Below, one piece after another: positions 46,235-57,137 of a DNA stretch of 64,000 nucleotides. The DNA is taken from positions 1,054,001-1,118,000 of the forward strand of contig OZ251234.1 in NCBI GenBank assembly GCA_965240325.2, in the 5' to 3' direction. Origin of the DNA: Rebecca billardiae RCC1528. Lineage: Eukaryota; Protista; Haptophyta. Below the pieces are notes generated by a model, which saw only the letters and a list, made by a program, of their open reading frames with translations, searched no databases and was not told the DNA's origin. Within the stretch, counting starts at the first letter, position 1; every line of letters starts with the position of its first letter. The translations under genes were made by a program, and so were the position numbers.

Positions 46235-47994
46235 ATGATGATGAGCCTGGCGGCGGCCATCACCGTCGGCGTCCTGAGCGTGTTCGGCAAGCAGCCAGCC
46301 GTGCGGGAGCCCCACCCCCTTCAGCCGGGATGGAAGCTCGTGCACTTCACCGAGAGCCACCGTGCGTCCCTCGAGAAGTCGCTGCTCGGCGAGATGGAGA
46401 GCGGGATGGACAACAGCGGGGTTGAATGGGGCAAAGTGAAGGACCCAAACTTCCACGGCTTCACGGCCGCGGACGCGTCGGCGCGCATCGCCGGGATGCC
46501 CGCTGTCGCAGCCGTCGAGGGCCTTGCGGACACGATCGGCGAGAAGTGGATGGCCTGGAAGGATCAGTTCCAGACGGCGTTTGCAAACGCGCACGACGAG
46601 GGGCATGCGCTCCAAAACTACGCGAGCGCGTACGCGCAGATCGACGCGCGCAACCGCGATTCGGGCGGATTCGAGCTCGCCACGAACGAGGTACTGCCCC
46701 GCGCCAGCGCGCTCGCGCGCGCGCCGCCTCCCCGCGCTCGCACGCCCGCTCGAGACCGCGCGCCCGCGGCGCGCGCCCACCCGCTCGTCGCGCGCGCGCG
46801 CCTCATGCGCCTCAGTGGTCCTTCCTCTCGTCGGACGAGTTTGCTCAGCAGCTCGGCCTGGACGACATGATGGGCAACCGCACGCAGATCGAGCCGTTCC
46901 TCAAGGGCTCGAAGGGCGCGACGGACATCGAGAAGGCGGGGGGCCCGGCCGACGTGTCGTGGGTCGAGCAGCTGCCGCCGACTGGCAACCAGGAGGACTG
47001 CGAGTCGTGCTGGGCGTGGACAGCCTCGTCGCTGCTCGCGGCGTACGTGGCGATCGAGAACGGCGAGGCGCCCGTGCGGCTATCCGTGCAGCAGATGATG
47101 ATGTGCGCCGACTCGGTGGGCGCGCCGCTCTCGTGCAAGCGCCCTGCTCAGGGCCTGCCGGGCATGCCAGTCTTCTCGTGGCTCAGCCGCGGCATGGGTA
47201 ATTACGTGTGCCAGCATGACGATGTGCCGTACACGGGCACGGACGAGCCGAAGTGCTGCGAGGCGTACGAGAACGGGTGCGGCTCGTGGAAGCCCGTCTC
47301 GAGCACCTTCTCGCCCTTCTCGGACACATCGCGCATGGGGACCTTTGGAGGGATCTCGCCCAACGGGCCCGCGAGTGACGCGGTCGAGTCGGAGCTGGCG
47401 ATGGCGACGGCGCTGCAGCGCGGGCCGCTGGGCGTCGCCGTCGACCTGTCGTGCTTCAACTTTCAGAACTACGCCAAGGGCGTCTCGCGCAACTGCGACA
47501 GCCCCTCCGTCAACCACGCGGTCACGCTCGCCGGTCTGGGCACGTGCGCGGAGGGCGACAGGGCGCCGCCGTGCGACAAGGGCTACATCGGCCGGTACTG
47601 GATCATCCAGAACTCGTGGGGCGCGCAGTGGGGCCAGGCGGGGTACATCTACGCCGAGTACGGCGTGAACTACGCCGGGATCGCGTTCTGGCCGGGCACG
47701 AGGCCCGAGAAAATCAAGCACCTCGACTGGAGCGACCCGGACAAGGAGGGCCTTGACGGCTGCAACGACCCCAGCGGCGGGTTCGGCTTTGGCAGCGGGC
47801 CCACACTCGGCGGCTCGCTCAACGGCGGCGCAAAGGACACGGCTGACTTCGTCAAGAAGGCCACCCTTTCGCTCGCGCAGATCCTCGGCATCGCCGCTGG
47901 CGCCGTGTGCTGCTGCGCGTGCTCGGGTCTCTTCATCCTCGTCGTCGTGCTGCCGCGAACGATGGTCGACAAGCAGGGCCGGTCGCTCCTCTAA
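46235..47994 (+). CDS. Papain-family (C1A) cysteine protease with C-terminal TM anchor; intron 46691-46815
   Basis: NQEDCESCWA (catalytic Cys), VNHAV (His), YWIIQNSWG..WG..GY (Asn). Confidence 0.92.
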
Positions 47995-48583
47995 AGGCTA
48001 GGAGTGCAACGAAACCGCTAGGAGTACTACTTCATGCCGGGCTCTCACGACGGCCATCAGGGATGCCACGCAGGCCTGGCTGGGACATCTGCGGCCGACG
48101 TCACGACGGACGTCTGGCACTGCGACACGTCGCCGAGACGGCGGACCGCAGAGTTCCCGCGGCCGATTATCATCGGCGCGATATGCCGCCTGTGAAGATG
48201 ACGACAGGCGGCCAGTGGGTGCCCAGTGGCAGTGAGCCAGCACCGCACCGTAATAATTCGATGACGAATTGACTGATGGACGCGCGGACGAGTGTGAGCG
48301 CGATGCGTCGATCGACTGACTGATGAGTGATGTACTCGGTCCGATTACCGATAACTATACGCGGCTAGCTGAGTTATAGTCACCGACTCTGCAGTGACTC
48401 TGCTCATCTGCGGCCTTATTATCTCGGACGAGGCCGATGCCCATGGCCATCAGCAGCAGGCCCTAGGCCTAGTGCGCAGCACGGTGAGACTGAGTGACCG
48501 AGTGCAGCAGGCGGGGCCAGGCATAATTCACATCGTCATCAATAACGCTTACGCGCGCTATACTTACTCTCTCAGGCTCTCTC

Positions 48584-48586
<3 letters not shown>

Positions 48587-48627
<41 letters not shown>

Positions 48628-48788
48628 GTGATCAGAGCTATTAATCTATTCTATATCTAGATATAGATGATAGCGCTCTCTCTCTCTCTCTCTCTCTCTA
48701 TAGCTAGAGAGAGAGAGAGATTTAGATATAGTGAACGACGAGTTCATTAGTACTGGACACAGTACAGTCAACAGTGTCATACACTTAA

Positions 48789-48823
<35 letters not shown>
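48587..48823. repeat. Cluster of (CT)/(AG)/(TA) microsatellites
   Basis: Direct read. Confidence 0.9.
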
Positions 48824-48824
<1 letters not shown>

Positions 48825-48890
48825 TACAGTATTGCTGATGTCACAGAGTAAGTACTACGGAACTTTATCTAGGCTTCGACGAACAGCGGC

Positions 48891-51800
48891 CTATACGACA
48901 GTCGTGACACGATGACGCGAGCGCGCGGCTGATGCGGCCGACGACGTTGATCCGGACGATGACGCCGCCGAGGACAAGACTGCGCTGCTCGACGTGCTAG
49001 CGGCCGAGGGCGGCCGCGGCGGGAGCATCAGACTCGAGCTGCTGCTGGCGGTCGCGGCCGATGCGCGCCGCCCGGCGCGTGAGACGACCCGCTCGTGCGT
49101 GGGCGAGGGCGCGATGCGCTCGTACATCCCGAGGTGCGCGGGCATCTCCCCGTACCCCCTCTCCCGCCCGCCCGACAGGAGCGCGTGCAGCTCGTGGTCA
49201 AAGGGCGGGCTCACCAGCCGGCTGGTGCGCCGCCCGCTGCGGCCGAGCTCGGCGAGGCGCCAGCTCGCCATGCGCGACAGCACCGCGCGGTCGAAGGCGG
49301 GCGGGTCCACCAGCCGCACCGTGTCGGCGATCAGCCGCTCCTTGAGCGCGGCGTCCAGCTGCGTCTCGCGCTCGAGCGAGGGCGACGAGTTCACCTCGAT
49401 CAGCCACGGGCGCAGCGTGCCCGCCTCGATCAGCACGTCGTAACCGAAGAGCTCGAAGGCGCACGGGTGCGGCTCGATCGAGTGCTCCACGGCCACGAGC
49501 GAGCGGACGACTGTCTCACGCACGCGCGCCCACACGCGCGCGAAGTCGATGCCGTCGGCCTCGAGCGCGGCGCGCAGCTGCGCGAGCGAGATCTTGGTCG
49601 CGGCGGCGGGCGCGGCGCCGTGTTCGCGCGCCCCGTCCGCGGCGGCGTCCGCGGCGTCGGTGCCACCCTGGTTGTCGTCGTCGTCGTCGCCGTCGCCGTC
49701 CGAGCCGCCGGCGCTGCTGCCGTCCGCATCGTGCGCGGCGGCCTCGGCGCGCGAGCTCGCGTGCCGCTGCACCGCCGTGTTGGTGAGGTGCACCAGCGGG
49801 TCTGAGAGCGCGGCGCGCTCGAGCGTGAACGGGCGCGACGCGAGCCGCGCGAGCCCCTCCGTGTACAGGAACGCCTCCAGCGGCTGCACGCTCGTGAGCA
49901 GCACGTACAGCCGGAGGTCGAGCTTGCGGCCGCCGAGCGTGAGCGGCCGCGGCACGTACCGTTGCACGACCGTGCGCCGCGCGTAGTGCACCTGCGAGAT
50001 GCTGTCGACCAGCCGGATGCCGCGGCCGCGCGAGGAGTCGGCGGGCTTGAGGATCCACACGTTCGGCGCAGGCTCGGCCCCCGGCTGCGGCGCGGGCGCG
50101 GCGCGGGCCGCCGCCTCCGCCTCACCGAACGCGTGCGCGAACTGCACGTACTCCTGGGGGAGCGCAAACGTGAGGGGAAGGAGCTCGGAGAAGGCGGCGC
50201 CGTGGCGGCGGGCGTGCGCGTCGAGCGCGCGCTTGAGCCGCTCCTTGTCTGAGAGCACGCGGCCGGAGGCGCGCGGGAAATGGTTCACGCGCTGGAACCG
50301 GAGCAGCCGCGACCAGTCGATGCGCGGCGCGCGCCACGTCCACAACAGGTTGAAAGGCGGCGCCCACAGCGGCGCGTCGCCGCCGGCTGTGCTCCCGCCC
50401 GCCGCGCCGCCCGCCGCGCCGCCGAGCTCGGCCGGCGCGGGAGGCACCATGGCCGCGTCCGGCGCGCGCGCCCACGCCCCCGCGCGCACGCCCGCGCGGC
50501 CGCCCTGCAGCAGCACGTCGTTCACAATGCCCACAACATCCGCGCGCGCGCGCTGCACGCAAAAGTAGCGCGGCTCAGCCGCCTTCTCGACGAGCGGCGG
50601 ACGACGCGCGGCCGGCGACTGAGCGGCAGGCGCAGACCGCCCGCCTGCCGCGCCGGCGGTGTCGCTGCCCTCGCCCTCGCTGCCCCGCGCCTCGGCCTCG
50701 GCACCGCCACGCGCGCCGTCCGGCTGTGCGCAGCCCGCTGCGCGCTGCGCCGAGCGCCACGCGCGCAGGGAACACTCAAGCGCGTCCAGTGCGCTTGCCA
50801 GGGCCGAGGCCGGCCCGTGGGGCGCGCCGCCGGACAGCGCGGCCGCGCCGCGGTGCGGCAGCGTGAGCAAGTCCTCGATTGAGCGCAGCTGCGGCCCGTA
50901 GCCGCGCACAGCGCCCGGGGCGGGCCCGGGGCCCTGCGCCGACTCCGCGCTCCGACACGCCGAGCCCGTGGGCGGCGCAACGGCTCGGCGCGAGCTGCTG
51001 TGGTGCGTGGCAAGGGTGTCGGCCAGACTCACGCCGTCGCCGAGGACCCACCGGTCGAACAGGGCGCTCACCGCACGCTCCCACTGCCCCTGCGCGGCCC
51101 GCGCGGCCGCCACGCACGCCGCGGCCGGCGCAGCTGGGAAGAGCGGCTGCAGTCGCTGTGCCATTCGCTCCAAGTCCGACTCGGCCGTTGAGGCGCCCGC
51201 AACGGCGCGCGCGCGCGCGGCCGGCGCTCTGGGCGCATGCTCGGCGCAGGGTGTGAAGCCCTGCTCCGCCGCCGCCGGTGCGGCGCCGTGCGCGCTGCGT
51301 GGGCTGCACGCGCTCGTCGGCTCCTCCGGGCTCGAGCGCTCGTCGCCCGCTCGCTCGAGCGTATCCGCAGAGAGGCTGGCCGTGGCGTCGGCTCCGACGT
51401 CGTGTGTCGGCGCCCCACCCTGCGCACCCACTTCCACTGCAGCGGCCTCGGCGCGCGCGGTCGAGTGATGCGCCGCGGGAGCGCCGTCGAGCAGCGCCGA
51501 TGGAGGCTCTGCCGCCCACACTCCGTGCGCGCCACCCGGCAGGGCCGCGGCGGCAGCGGCGCCCTTCTGCGGTGGCCAATCCGCGGCACAGGCGCCCTCG
51601 TGCGTTGGCCAATCACAGCGCAGCTCCTCGAGCGCTGCCGGAGCCGGCGCACCCCCTGCGCGCGGCGGCTCGGCTTGCAGCGGCTCAGCCGGGGGTGCGC
51701 TCGCGTGGCTGTCGTCTGCCGCGGGCGGAGGCTCGGCTGAGCCGCCATCTGCCGCGGGCGCACGCTCAGCTGAGCGCGCGGAGGGCACGCATGGTGGGGC

Positions 51801-52877
51801 CGGGCCTGCATCTGCCGCGGGCGCAGGCTCAGCTGAGCGCGCGCAGGGCACGCATGCCGAGGCCGGGCCTGAGGCCGGGCCTGCGCCGCCACGAGCGCGA
51901 CCGTCGGTGTCGCCTGCGGCCGCACGGCACGGCACCGCGCTCGCACCTGCCTCGGCGTCGGAGAAGGGCGTTTCGCCGACGTCGTGCACCACGAGAATGT
52001 CGGCCGGCCTCGCGGCAGTCAGCTGCGCCAGGCTCGCAGCGGGCGGCTGCGCGCCACTCTCCGCTCCACCCGCGCCCTCGGCATCCTCCCGGGCGCCATC
52101 GCGCACGGCGGCGGTGGCCCAGGCGCGCAGAGGCGGCGGAGCGGGGCGTCCGTCCGGCGGCGGATGCACATGTGTGCGTGCCGTCGTAGCTGACGTCGAT
52201 GGCCGCCCGGCGTCGCGCGTCGGCGCCGTCCGCGCCGAGTGCGCGCGCGGCGTGGAAGCTGCGCTGAGCGGCGTGCGCAAGCGCGGCGTGCTCACGCCCG
52301 GCTCAGCCGCGGGGCCAGGCAGCGCGGCGCGCGCCGTGTGCGGCCGGTGATTGCGCGCCGAGAGTGGCGGCACCGTCGCTTTCGAGGGCTCGGGCCCAGG
52401 CTTGGGCGCGGTGCGCTTCCGCCGGAGCGGCTTCGCGCCCCTTCCGTCCAGCTCAGCCGCCGTCCATTTTGGAATCACTCGTCTAGGGGCCGGCGCAGGC
52501 AGCTCCGGCGCGGGCAGCTCCGGCGCCGGGCTGGGTGTGGCTGTGGAACGATCCGCCTGCTCGCAGCACTGCTGCTCGCAGTCGAGCGTGGGCACGTCCG
52601 CCAGATGCGGCGGCGGCGGCGGCGGCTCGGCGGGCCACGCCGCGCGCAGCCCGAGCGCGACGCGTTCGCTGCGCTCGCGCTCCTCCAGCTCAAGTGATGC
52701 GCACTCCCGCTGCCTGAGCGCGTACACGGCGGCAGCCGAGCCGCTTGGCGCGTGCTGGAGGTATGCATCTAGAGCTGCGACGACATCGCACAGCGCGTAT
52801 GTCTCCAAGTCGTACAGCTCGACGAGGTGCAGCTGAGCGAATGGCGCTGGCGCGTCCTCAACCGCCGCACTCGCCAT
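48891..52877 (-). CDS. Tubulin-tyrosine-ligase-like (TTLL) polyglutamylase with long low-complexity N-terminus
   Basis: QRVNHFP, WILKP..SSRGRGI, VQRYV..P, KLDLRLYVL, HLTN, FELFGYDVL, PWLIEVNSSPSL. Confidence 0.92.
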   Translation of the reverse strand: MASAAVEDAPAPFAQLHLVELYDLETYALCDVVAALDAYLQHAPSGSAAAVYALRQRECASLELEERERSERVALGLRAAWPAEPPPPPPHLADVPTLDCEQQCCEQADRSTATPSPAPELPAPELPAPAPRRVIPKWTAAELDGRGAKPLRRKRTAPKPGPEPSKATVPPLSARNHRPHTARAALPGPAAEPGVSTPRLRTPLSAASTPRAHSARTAPTRDAGRPSTSATTARTHVHPPPDGRPAPPPLRAWATAAVRDGAREDAEGAGGAESGAQPPAASLAQLTAARPADILVVHDVGETPFSDAEAGASAVPCRAAAGDTDGRARGGAGPASGPASACVPCARSAEPAPAADAGPAPPCVPSARSAERAPAADGGSAEPPPAADDSHASAPPAEPLQAEPPRAGGAPAPAALEELRCDWPTHEGACAADWPPQKGAAAAAALPGGAHGVWAAEPPSALLDGAPAAHHSTARAEAAAVEVGAQGGAPTHDVGADATASLSADTLERAGDERSSPEEPTSACSPRSAHGAAPAAAEQGFTPCAEHAPRAPAARARAVAGASTAESDLERMAQRLQPLFPAAPAAACVAAARAAQGQWERAVSALFDRWVLGDGVSLADTLATHHSSSRRAVAPPTGSACRSAESAQGPGPAPGAVRGYGPQLRSIEDLLTLPHRGAAALSGGAPHGPASALASALDALECSLRAWRSAQRAAGCAQPDGARGGAEAEARGSEGEGSDTAGAAGGRSAPAAQSPAARRPPLVEKAAEPRYFCVQRARADVVGIVNDVLLQGGRAGVRAGAWARAPDAAMVPPAPAELGGAAGGAAGGSTAGGDAPLWAPPFNLLWTWRAPRIDWSRLLRFQRVNHFPRASGRVLSDKERLKRALDAHARRHGAAFSELLPLTFALPQEYVQFAHAFGEAEAAARAAPAPQPGAEPAPNVWILKPADSSRGRGIRLVDSISQVHYARRTVVQRYVPRPLTLGGRKLDLRLYVLLTSVQPLEAFLYTEGLARLASRPFTLERAALSDPLVHLTNTAVQRHASSRAEAAAHDADGSSAGGSDGDGDDDDDNQGGTDAADAAADGAREHGAAPAAATKISLAQLRAALEADGIDFARVWARVRETVVRSLVAVEHSIEPHPCAFELFGYDVLIEAGTLRPWLIEVNSSPSLERETQLDAALKERLIADTVRLVDPPAFDRAVLSRMASWRLAELGRSGRRTSRLVSPPFDHELHALLSGGRERGYGEMPAHLGMYERIAPSPTHERVVSRAGRRASAATASSSSSLMLPPRPPSAASTSSSAVLSSAASSSGSTSSAASAARSRHRVTTVV

Positions 52878-53027
52878 GCTGCAGCATCAAGCCGGCCGTT
52901 GTTGAGTGTTGACCAAAGTCCGGGACTCCGGGAGAGCTGGAGAGGCAGGAGATGCCCGAGCGACGGGCGGGACCACCCTTGGCCGCGGGGAGAAGGTCGC
53001 CGCGACGTCCGGGCGGCCGCAAGGGCG

Positions 53028-54974
53028 ATGGGTGGCAAGGGTCGACTGCATGCCCTGCTCGACCGCCCGGGGGACGTTGGAAAGGACTCGGTCCACACAG
53101 CTCTCGGCGCTGATCCCGGCGCGGCTACGAAGCGCGACAAGTTCGACCAATACCCGCTACACCGGCTATGCAATATGATGAAGGTCACGCCCGAGCTGTG
53201 CCGCATCGTGCTCGATGCGTATCGCGCGGCGGCTTCGAAGCCGGACGACGACGGCCTCTACCCCCTGCACTTGCTGTGTAACAACACCAGCATCAGCGTG
53301 GAGCTGTGGCACCTCGTGTACCAAGCGCATCCCGCCGCGGCCAAGCAGCCTGCCAAGGTCGGCGGGCGCTACCCGCTCCACTGTCTCTGCGCCAACGAGA
53401 GTATCACCCTCGAGCTGTGCCGCCTCGTCGTCGACGCGCATCGCGGCGCCGCGGCAGAGCGGCAGGGGCATAAGGACCGCCTCCCGCTGCACAATCTGTG
53501 CGAGAACCCGAGCGTCAGCTGGGAGCTGTGCCGTGTCGTGCTCGACGCGCACCCTGCCGCAGCCGACCAGCCGGACAAGGGCGGCGTGTACCCGCTGTAC
53601 AAACAGAAGCGCATCACGATGGAGGACCTCCCGACGAGCGCGCGCGCACGCGACCGCAGCAAGGCGAGCGCGGGCAGCTCGGCTGGCGGGACGAAGCGCC
53701 CGCGAGGCGACGCGGCTGGCGCGGGGCCCGAGCAGGCGGCGGGGCCATCGCCTGTGGGCGTCAAGACGAAGGGCGACCGCAGCAAGGCGAGCGCGGGCAG
53801 CTCGGCTGGCGGGACGAAGCGCCCGCAAGGCGACGCGGCTGGCGCGGGGCCCGAGCAGGCGGCGGGGCCATCGCCTGTGGGCGTCAAGACGAAGGGCGAC
53901 CGCAGCAAGGCGAGCGCGGGCAGCTCGGCTGGCGGGACGAAGCGCCCGCGAGGCGACGCGGCTGGCGCGGGGCCCGAGCAGGCGGCGGGGGCATCGCCTG
54001 TGGGCGTCAAGACGAAGGGCGACCGCAGCAAGGCGAGCGCGGGCAGCTCGGCTGGCGGGACGAAGCGCCCGCGAGGCGACGCGGCTGGCGCGGGGCCCGA
54101 GCAGGCGGCGGGGGCATCGCCGGTGCGCGTCAAGACGGAGGCCCCCGCAGCTCCACAGATCCCAGGCATCGCGCCGGACGTCGGGACCTGGGGCCAGGAT
54201 ATATTCTCTGTCGCCGTGATCTGCGCGCTCCCGGAGCGGCTCGGCAAGAAGAGAGGGTTAATTGGCCAGCTCAAGGAGATCGCGAATGCGGCGAGCATCA
54301 GCTCCAAAGCGGCGCGCGTTCACACCAACACCGTCCCCAACCAGTACGACTCCAAGTACCTGCACACGCTCGCCGATATCAACGCGTACGCGAAAGATGT
54401 GGACGCGGGCCGCGAGCGTCCGCCTGTGGTCGTGCACGTGATCGCTCACTCCAACGACTCGGACGGCACATTCGAGCTGGCCCGCGCCGGCAACCCCGGC
54501 GTCCCCGAGGGCGGCGAGAAGCTGCACGTGACCCAGCTGCGTACGCTCTTTCCGTCGGAGCACACGCACTTCTTCCTCAACACGTGCTGCAGCTGGCAGC
54601 ACAAGGGGGCGGAGCTCGCCAAGCGCCGCACGCCGCCGGCGAGCATTGTGGCGTACACGCGCGATGTGAACGACAAGGAGTGCCTGCGCGTCGCGACGCA
54701 GTACTACACGGCGCTTCAAGAGCACGGCCACGGCCCTGGGCTGGTGGCACACTTCTTGGCACGCGCAGAAATCCGCAGCTTGCGATTTGAGCGCAAGTCG
54801 TGCGAACGGCCGCCAGCAAATGAGCCAGCGCTGGCGCCAACAGAGGCTCAGGCTTGCCCAGATGGCCGCAGGTGTAAGTGCAAGCTGGTGCGCGACCTGA
54901 CTGCCCGTGACATCCTCATCACGTGGCCCACTGACCACGCCTCGGGCTCGGCGGCGGCATCACTTGAGCCATGA
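53028..54974 (+). CDS. Ankyrin-like (YPLH) repeats plus 4x41-aa repeat plus CHAT (caspase-like) protease domain
   Basis: Four G.YPLH.LC.N repeats; VVHVIAHS (His), FFLNTCCS (Cys) and IVAYTRDVNDKE...ATQYY.AL match the CHAT consensus. Confidence 0.75.
   Translation: MGGKGRLHALLDRPGDVGKDSVHTALGADPGAATKRDKFDQYPLHRLCNMMKVTPELCRIVLDAYRAAASKPDDDGLYPLHLLCNNTSISVELWHLVYQAHPAAAKQPAKVGGRYPLHCLCANESITLELCRLVVDAHRGAAAERQGHKDRLPLHNLCENPSVSWELCRVVLDAHPAAADQPDKGGVYPLYKQKRITMEDLPTSARARDRSKASAGSSAGGTKRPRGDAAGAGPEQAAGPSPVGVKTKGDRSKASAGSSAGGTKRPQGDAAGAGPEQAAGPSPVGVKTKGDRSKASAGSSAGGTKRPRGDAAGAGPEQAAGASPVGVKTKGDRSKASAGSSAGGTKRPRGDAAGAGPEQAAGASPVRVKTEAPAAPQIPGIAPDVGTWGQDIFSVAVICALPERLGKKRGLIGQLKEIANAASISSKAARVHTNTVPNQYDSKYLHTLADINAYAKDVDAGRERPPVVVHVIAHSNDSDGTFELARAGNPGVPEGGEKLHVTQLRTLFPSEHTHFFLNTCCSWQHKGAELAKRRTPPASIVAYTRDVNDKECLRVATQYYTALQEHGHGPGLVAHFLARAEIRSLRFERKSCERPPANEPALAPTEAQACPDGRRCKCKLVRDLTARDILITWPTDHASGSAAASLEP
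53652..54138 (+). repeat. Coding tandem repeat, 123 bp x4
   Basis: Units start at 53652, 53775, 53898, 54021. Confidence 0.95.
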
Positions 54975-55288
54975 CCGCCACTACTCATAGCAGCTCATCG
55001 ATCATAGATATATATATTATATATACTAGCAAGTAGCGGTCAGATTTTAATTCGTCGACGACTCGTCAGCAGACTCCGAGACTGATGAGGCTGCGTAGAT
55101 GAGTCCGCGCGCCGTCCGCGCCCGCGGGCCCCGCTGCCCCTGACTCCTGAGGCCTGAGTCCTGACTACTGCTCTTTGGAGCTGACCGCGGGCCTGATGAC
55201 AGACGGCTGACAGCCTGACTCGTCCGAGACCGAGTCCGTCAATGTCGATTGATGACGGCCGCCTCGTCCGGATCAGACGGCGTACGTC

Positions 55289-55388
55289 NNNNNNNNNNNN
55301 NNNNNNNNNNNNNNNNNNNNNNNNNNNNNNNNNNNNNNNNNNNNNNNNNNNNNNNNNNNNNNNNNNNNNNNNNNNNNNNNNNNNNNNN
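55289..55388. other. Assembly gap (100 N)
   Basis: Run of N. Confidence 1.
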
Positions 55389-55625
55389 CCATGATATATA
55401 TCGTCCCGCTGCTGCTTAGCAGATAGTGATTGAATCATTGATCATATTGCTAGCGACTGACGATGATTGAGTATATTGACGACTGCTGATGAATGTCCGC
55501 CGATGTCGCGGATGAACGTTCGCCTGCTGCTCGTTACGAGTCGTGATGATGAGGTTATGCCATATTATTTCATCATCATCAGCAGCAGTACTGTCAGTAT
55601 ATATAGACGACAATAACTCCCAGGA

Positions 55626-56990
55626 TCATGCTGATGCCACTGGCCCGCCGAGCTCGGCGTAGCTGTGGCAGACGCGCTCGAGCGCCGCGAGCTGCAGGCA
55701 CAGCTCATCGGCAGCCATCCCATGGCGCTCGTACTGGTGGACGTACGCGCGCGCCGAGAAGAGCGCGCATGCGCGCGACACGATGCGCTGCATCGGCGGC
55801 AGCACAAGCTGCGAGTTGCTGACGAGCGTCGCCGTCTTGTCGTGCCCCTGCACGTGCCGCTCGCTCGCGCTCGTGAGCAGCGGGGCACCCGGCACCCACC
55901 GGCTGAACATGTCCGGGCGCGCGAGCGGGCCGGGCGGCTCCTCGAGCGCGCCAGGGCCACGCAGCACGAGCCACGCGGCGAGCGCGCGGCTCGCCGCGCG
56001 CGCGACCGAGCCGGAGGGCGTGCCCCTCCAGTCGATCTGATCCTCGAGCCTGCCGTCCGTGGCGGCCATCTGCGCGAGCGGGCGGAGCACCGCCGTCCAC
56101 CTGTCGGCGGTGTACCCGAGCGAGGCCGCCGGCGTCTGCGGCACCATGCGCACGCAGAGCAGCTTGTACGCCGGGTGCGGGCACAGATGCTGGAGGGGCG
56201 CGCCGAGCAGGCTGAGGCTGCCGCTGGCATCGGCGGCGGCTGTCGGCGCGCGCGCGCTTGGGGTGACCGAGCCGCCGCCGTGCGAAGCGGCGGAGGGCGC
56301 GGAGGGCGCGAGGATCGGGACGAGGTGGCGCGCGAGGAGCTTGTTCAGGTCGTCGTGCGACGGCCGCCCGATGCGCAGCACGCGCGAGCACACGTGCTCG
56401 AGCACGTCGTTCTCCAGCAGCAGCACCGCGTCGGCGGCGCCGCACAGGGTCGAGAGTGAAAGCGCGCAGTTGTACGGCTGCACGGCCACGTCGCCGCGCT
56501 CTCGGGGCCACACGGCCACGTTGGCGCGGAAGAGCTCGGGCCACTCGTCGCGAAGCGCCGCGGTCAGGTGCGCCCCGACGCCCGAGCCCGTCCCGCCCGC
56601 GAGCGCCTGGTACAGCAGCACGCCGTTGGCGCGGTCGCATGCCTCCAGCTCGGCGCGCACGAGCTCGCGCACCGACGGCCAGCACTTGGGCCCGTGCTCG
56701 CAGTAGCCGTGCGCCCAGTTGTTGCCCGAGCCGCCCTGCTCGTAGTGCTCGCGTGACGAGGCGTACGACCATCGGCCCGTCGCGAGCGCCGTGGCGGCCG
56801 CCGCGCGCACCGCCTTGGGCTCCATGTCGACCAGGACGGCGCGCGCCACGATCGCGTCCTCGCCGCCACCGCGGCGGGGCACGCGGCGGAAGTAGCGCTC
56901 GTCGGGCCCAGCGTCATCGTGGAGTGCATCGAGCGCGCTTTGGCCGACCTGATTGCCGCACTGGCCGAGCTGCAGAGTGATCGTGGCCAT
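55626..56990 (-). CDS. TUBD1: Delta-tubulin
   Basis: TLQLGQCGNQVG, ARAVLVDMEPK, GSGNNWAHGY, AGGTGSG, VQPYN, F.ARAYVHQY..HG. Confidence 0.92.
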   Translation of the reverse strand: MATITLQLGQCGNQVGQSALDALHDDAGPDERYFRRVPRRGGGEDAIVARAVLVDMEPKAVRAAAATALATGRWSYASSREHYEQGGSGNNWAHGYCEHGPKCWPSVRELVRAELEACDRANGVLLYQALAGGTGSGVGAHLTAALRDEWPELFRANVAVWPRERGDVAVQPYNCALSLSTLCGAADAVLLLENDVLEHVCSRVLRIGRPSHDDLNKLLARHLVPILAPSAPSAASHGGGSVTPSARAPTAAADASGSLSLLGAPLQHLCPHPAYKLLCVRMVPQTPAASLGYTADRWTAVLRPLAQMAATDGRLEDQIDWRGTPSGSVARAASRALAAWLVLRGPGALEEPPGPLARPDMFSRWVPGAPLLTSASERHVQGHDKTATLVSNSQLVLPPMQRIVSRACALFSARAYVHQYERHGMAADELCLQLAALERVCHSYAELGGPVASA

Positions 56991-57137
56991 GCGAGGAGCT
57001 GCTCTAGACGCCCGCAGACGCCATTCTTGATTTCTGAATGTGACCAACGACCGAGCAGATTTTCAGATTTCGTCACTTCAGCCCGCCGCTTCGCCGTCCG
57101 GTTGCCCACGTCGTCGTCGTCAAGCGAGTTGTGGGCG

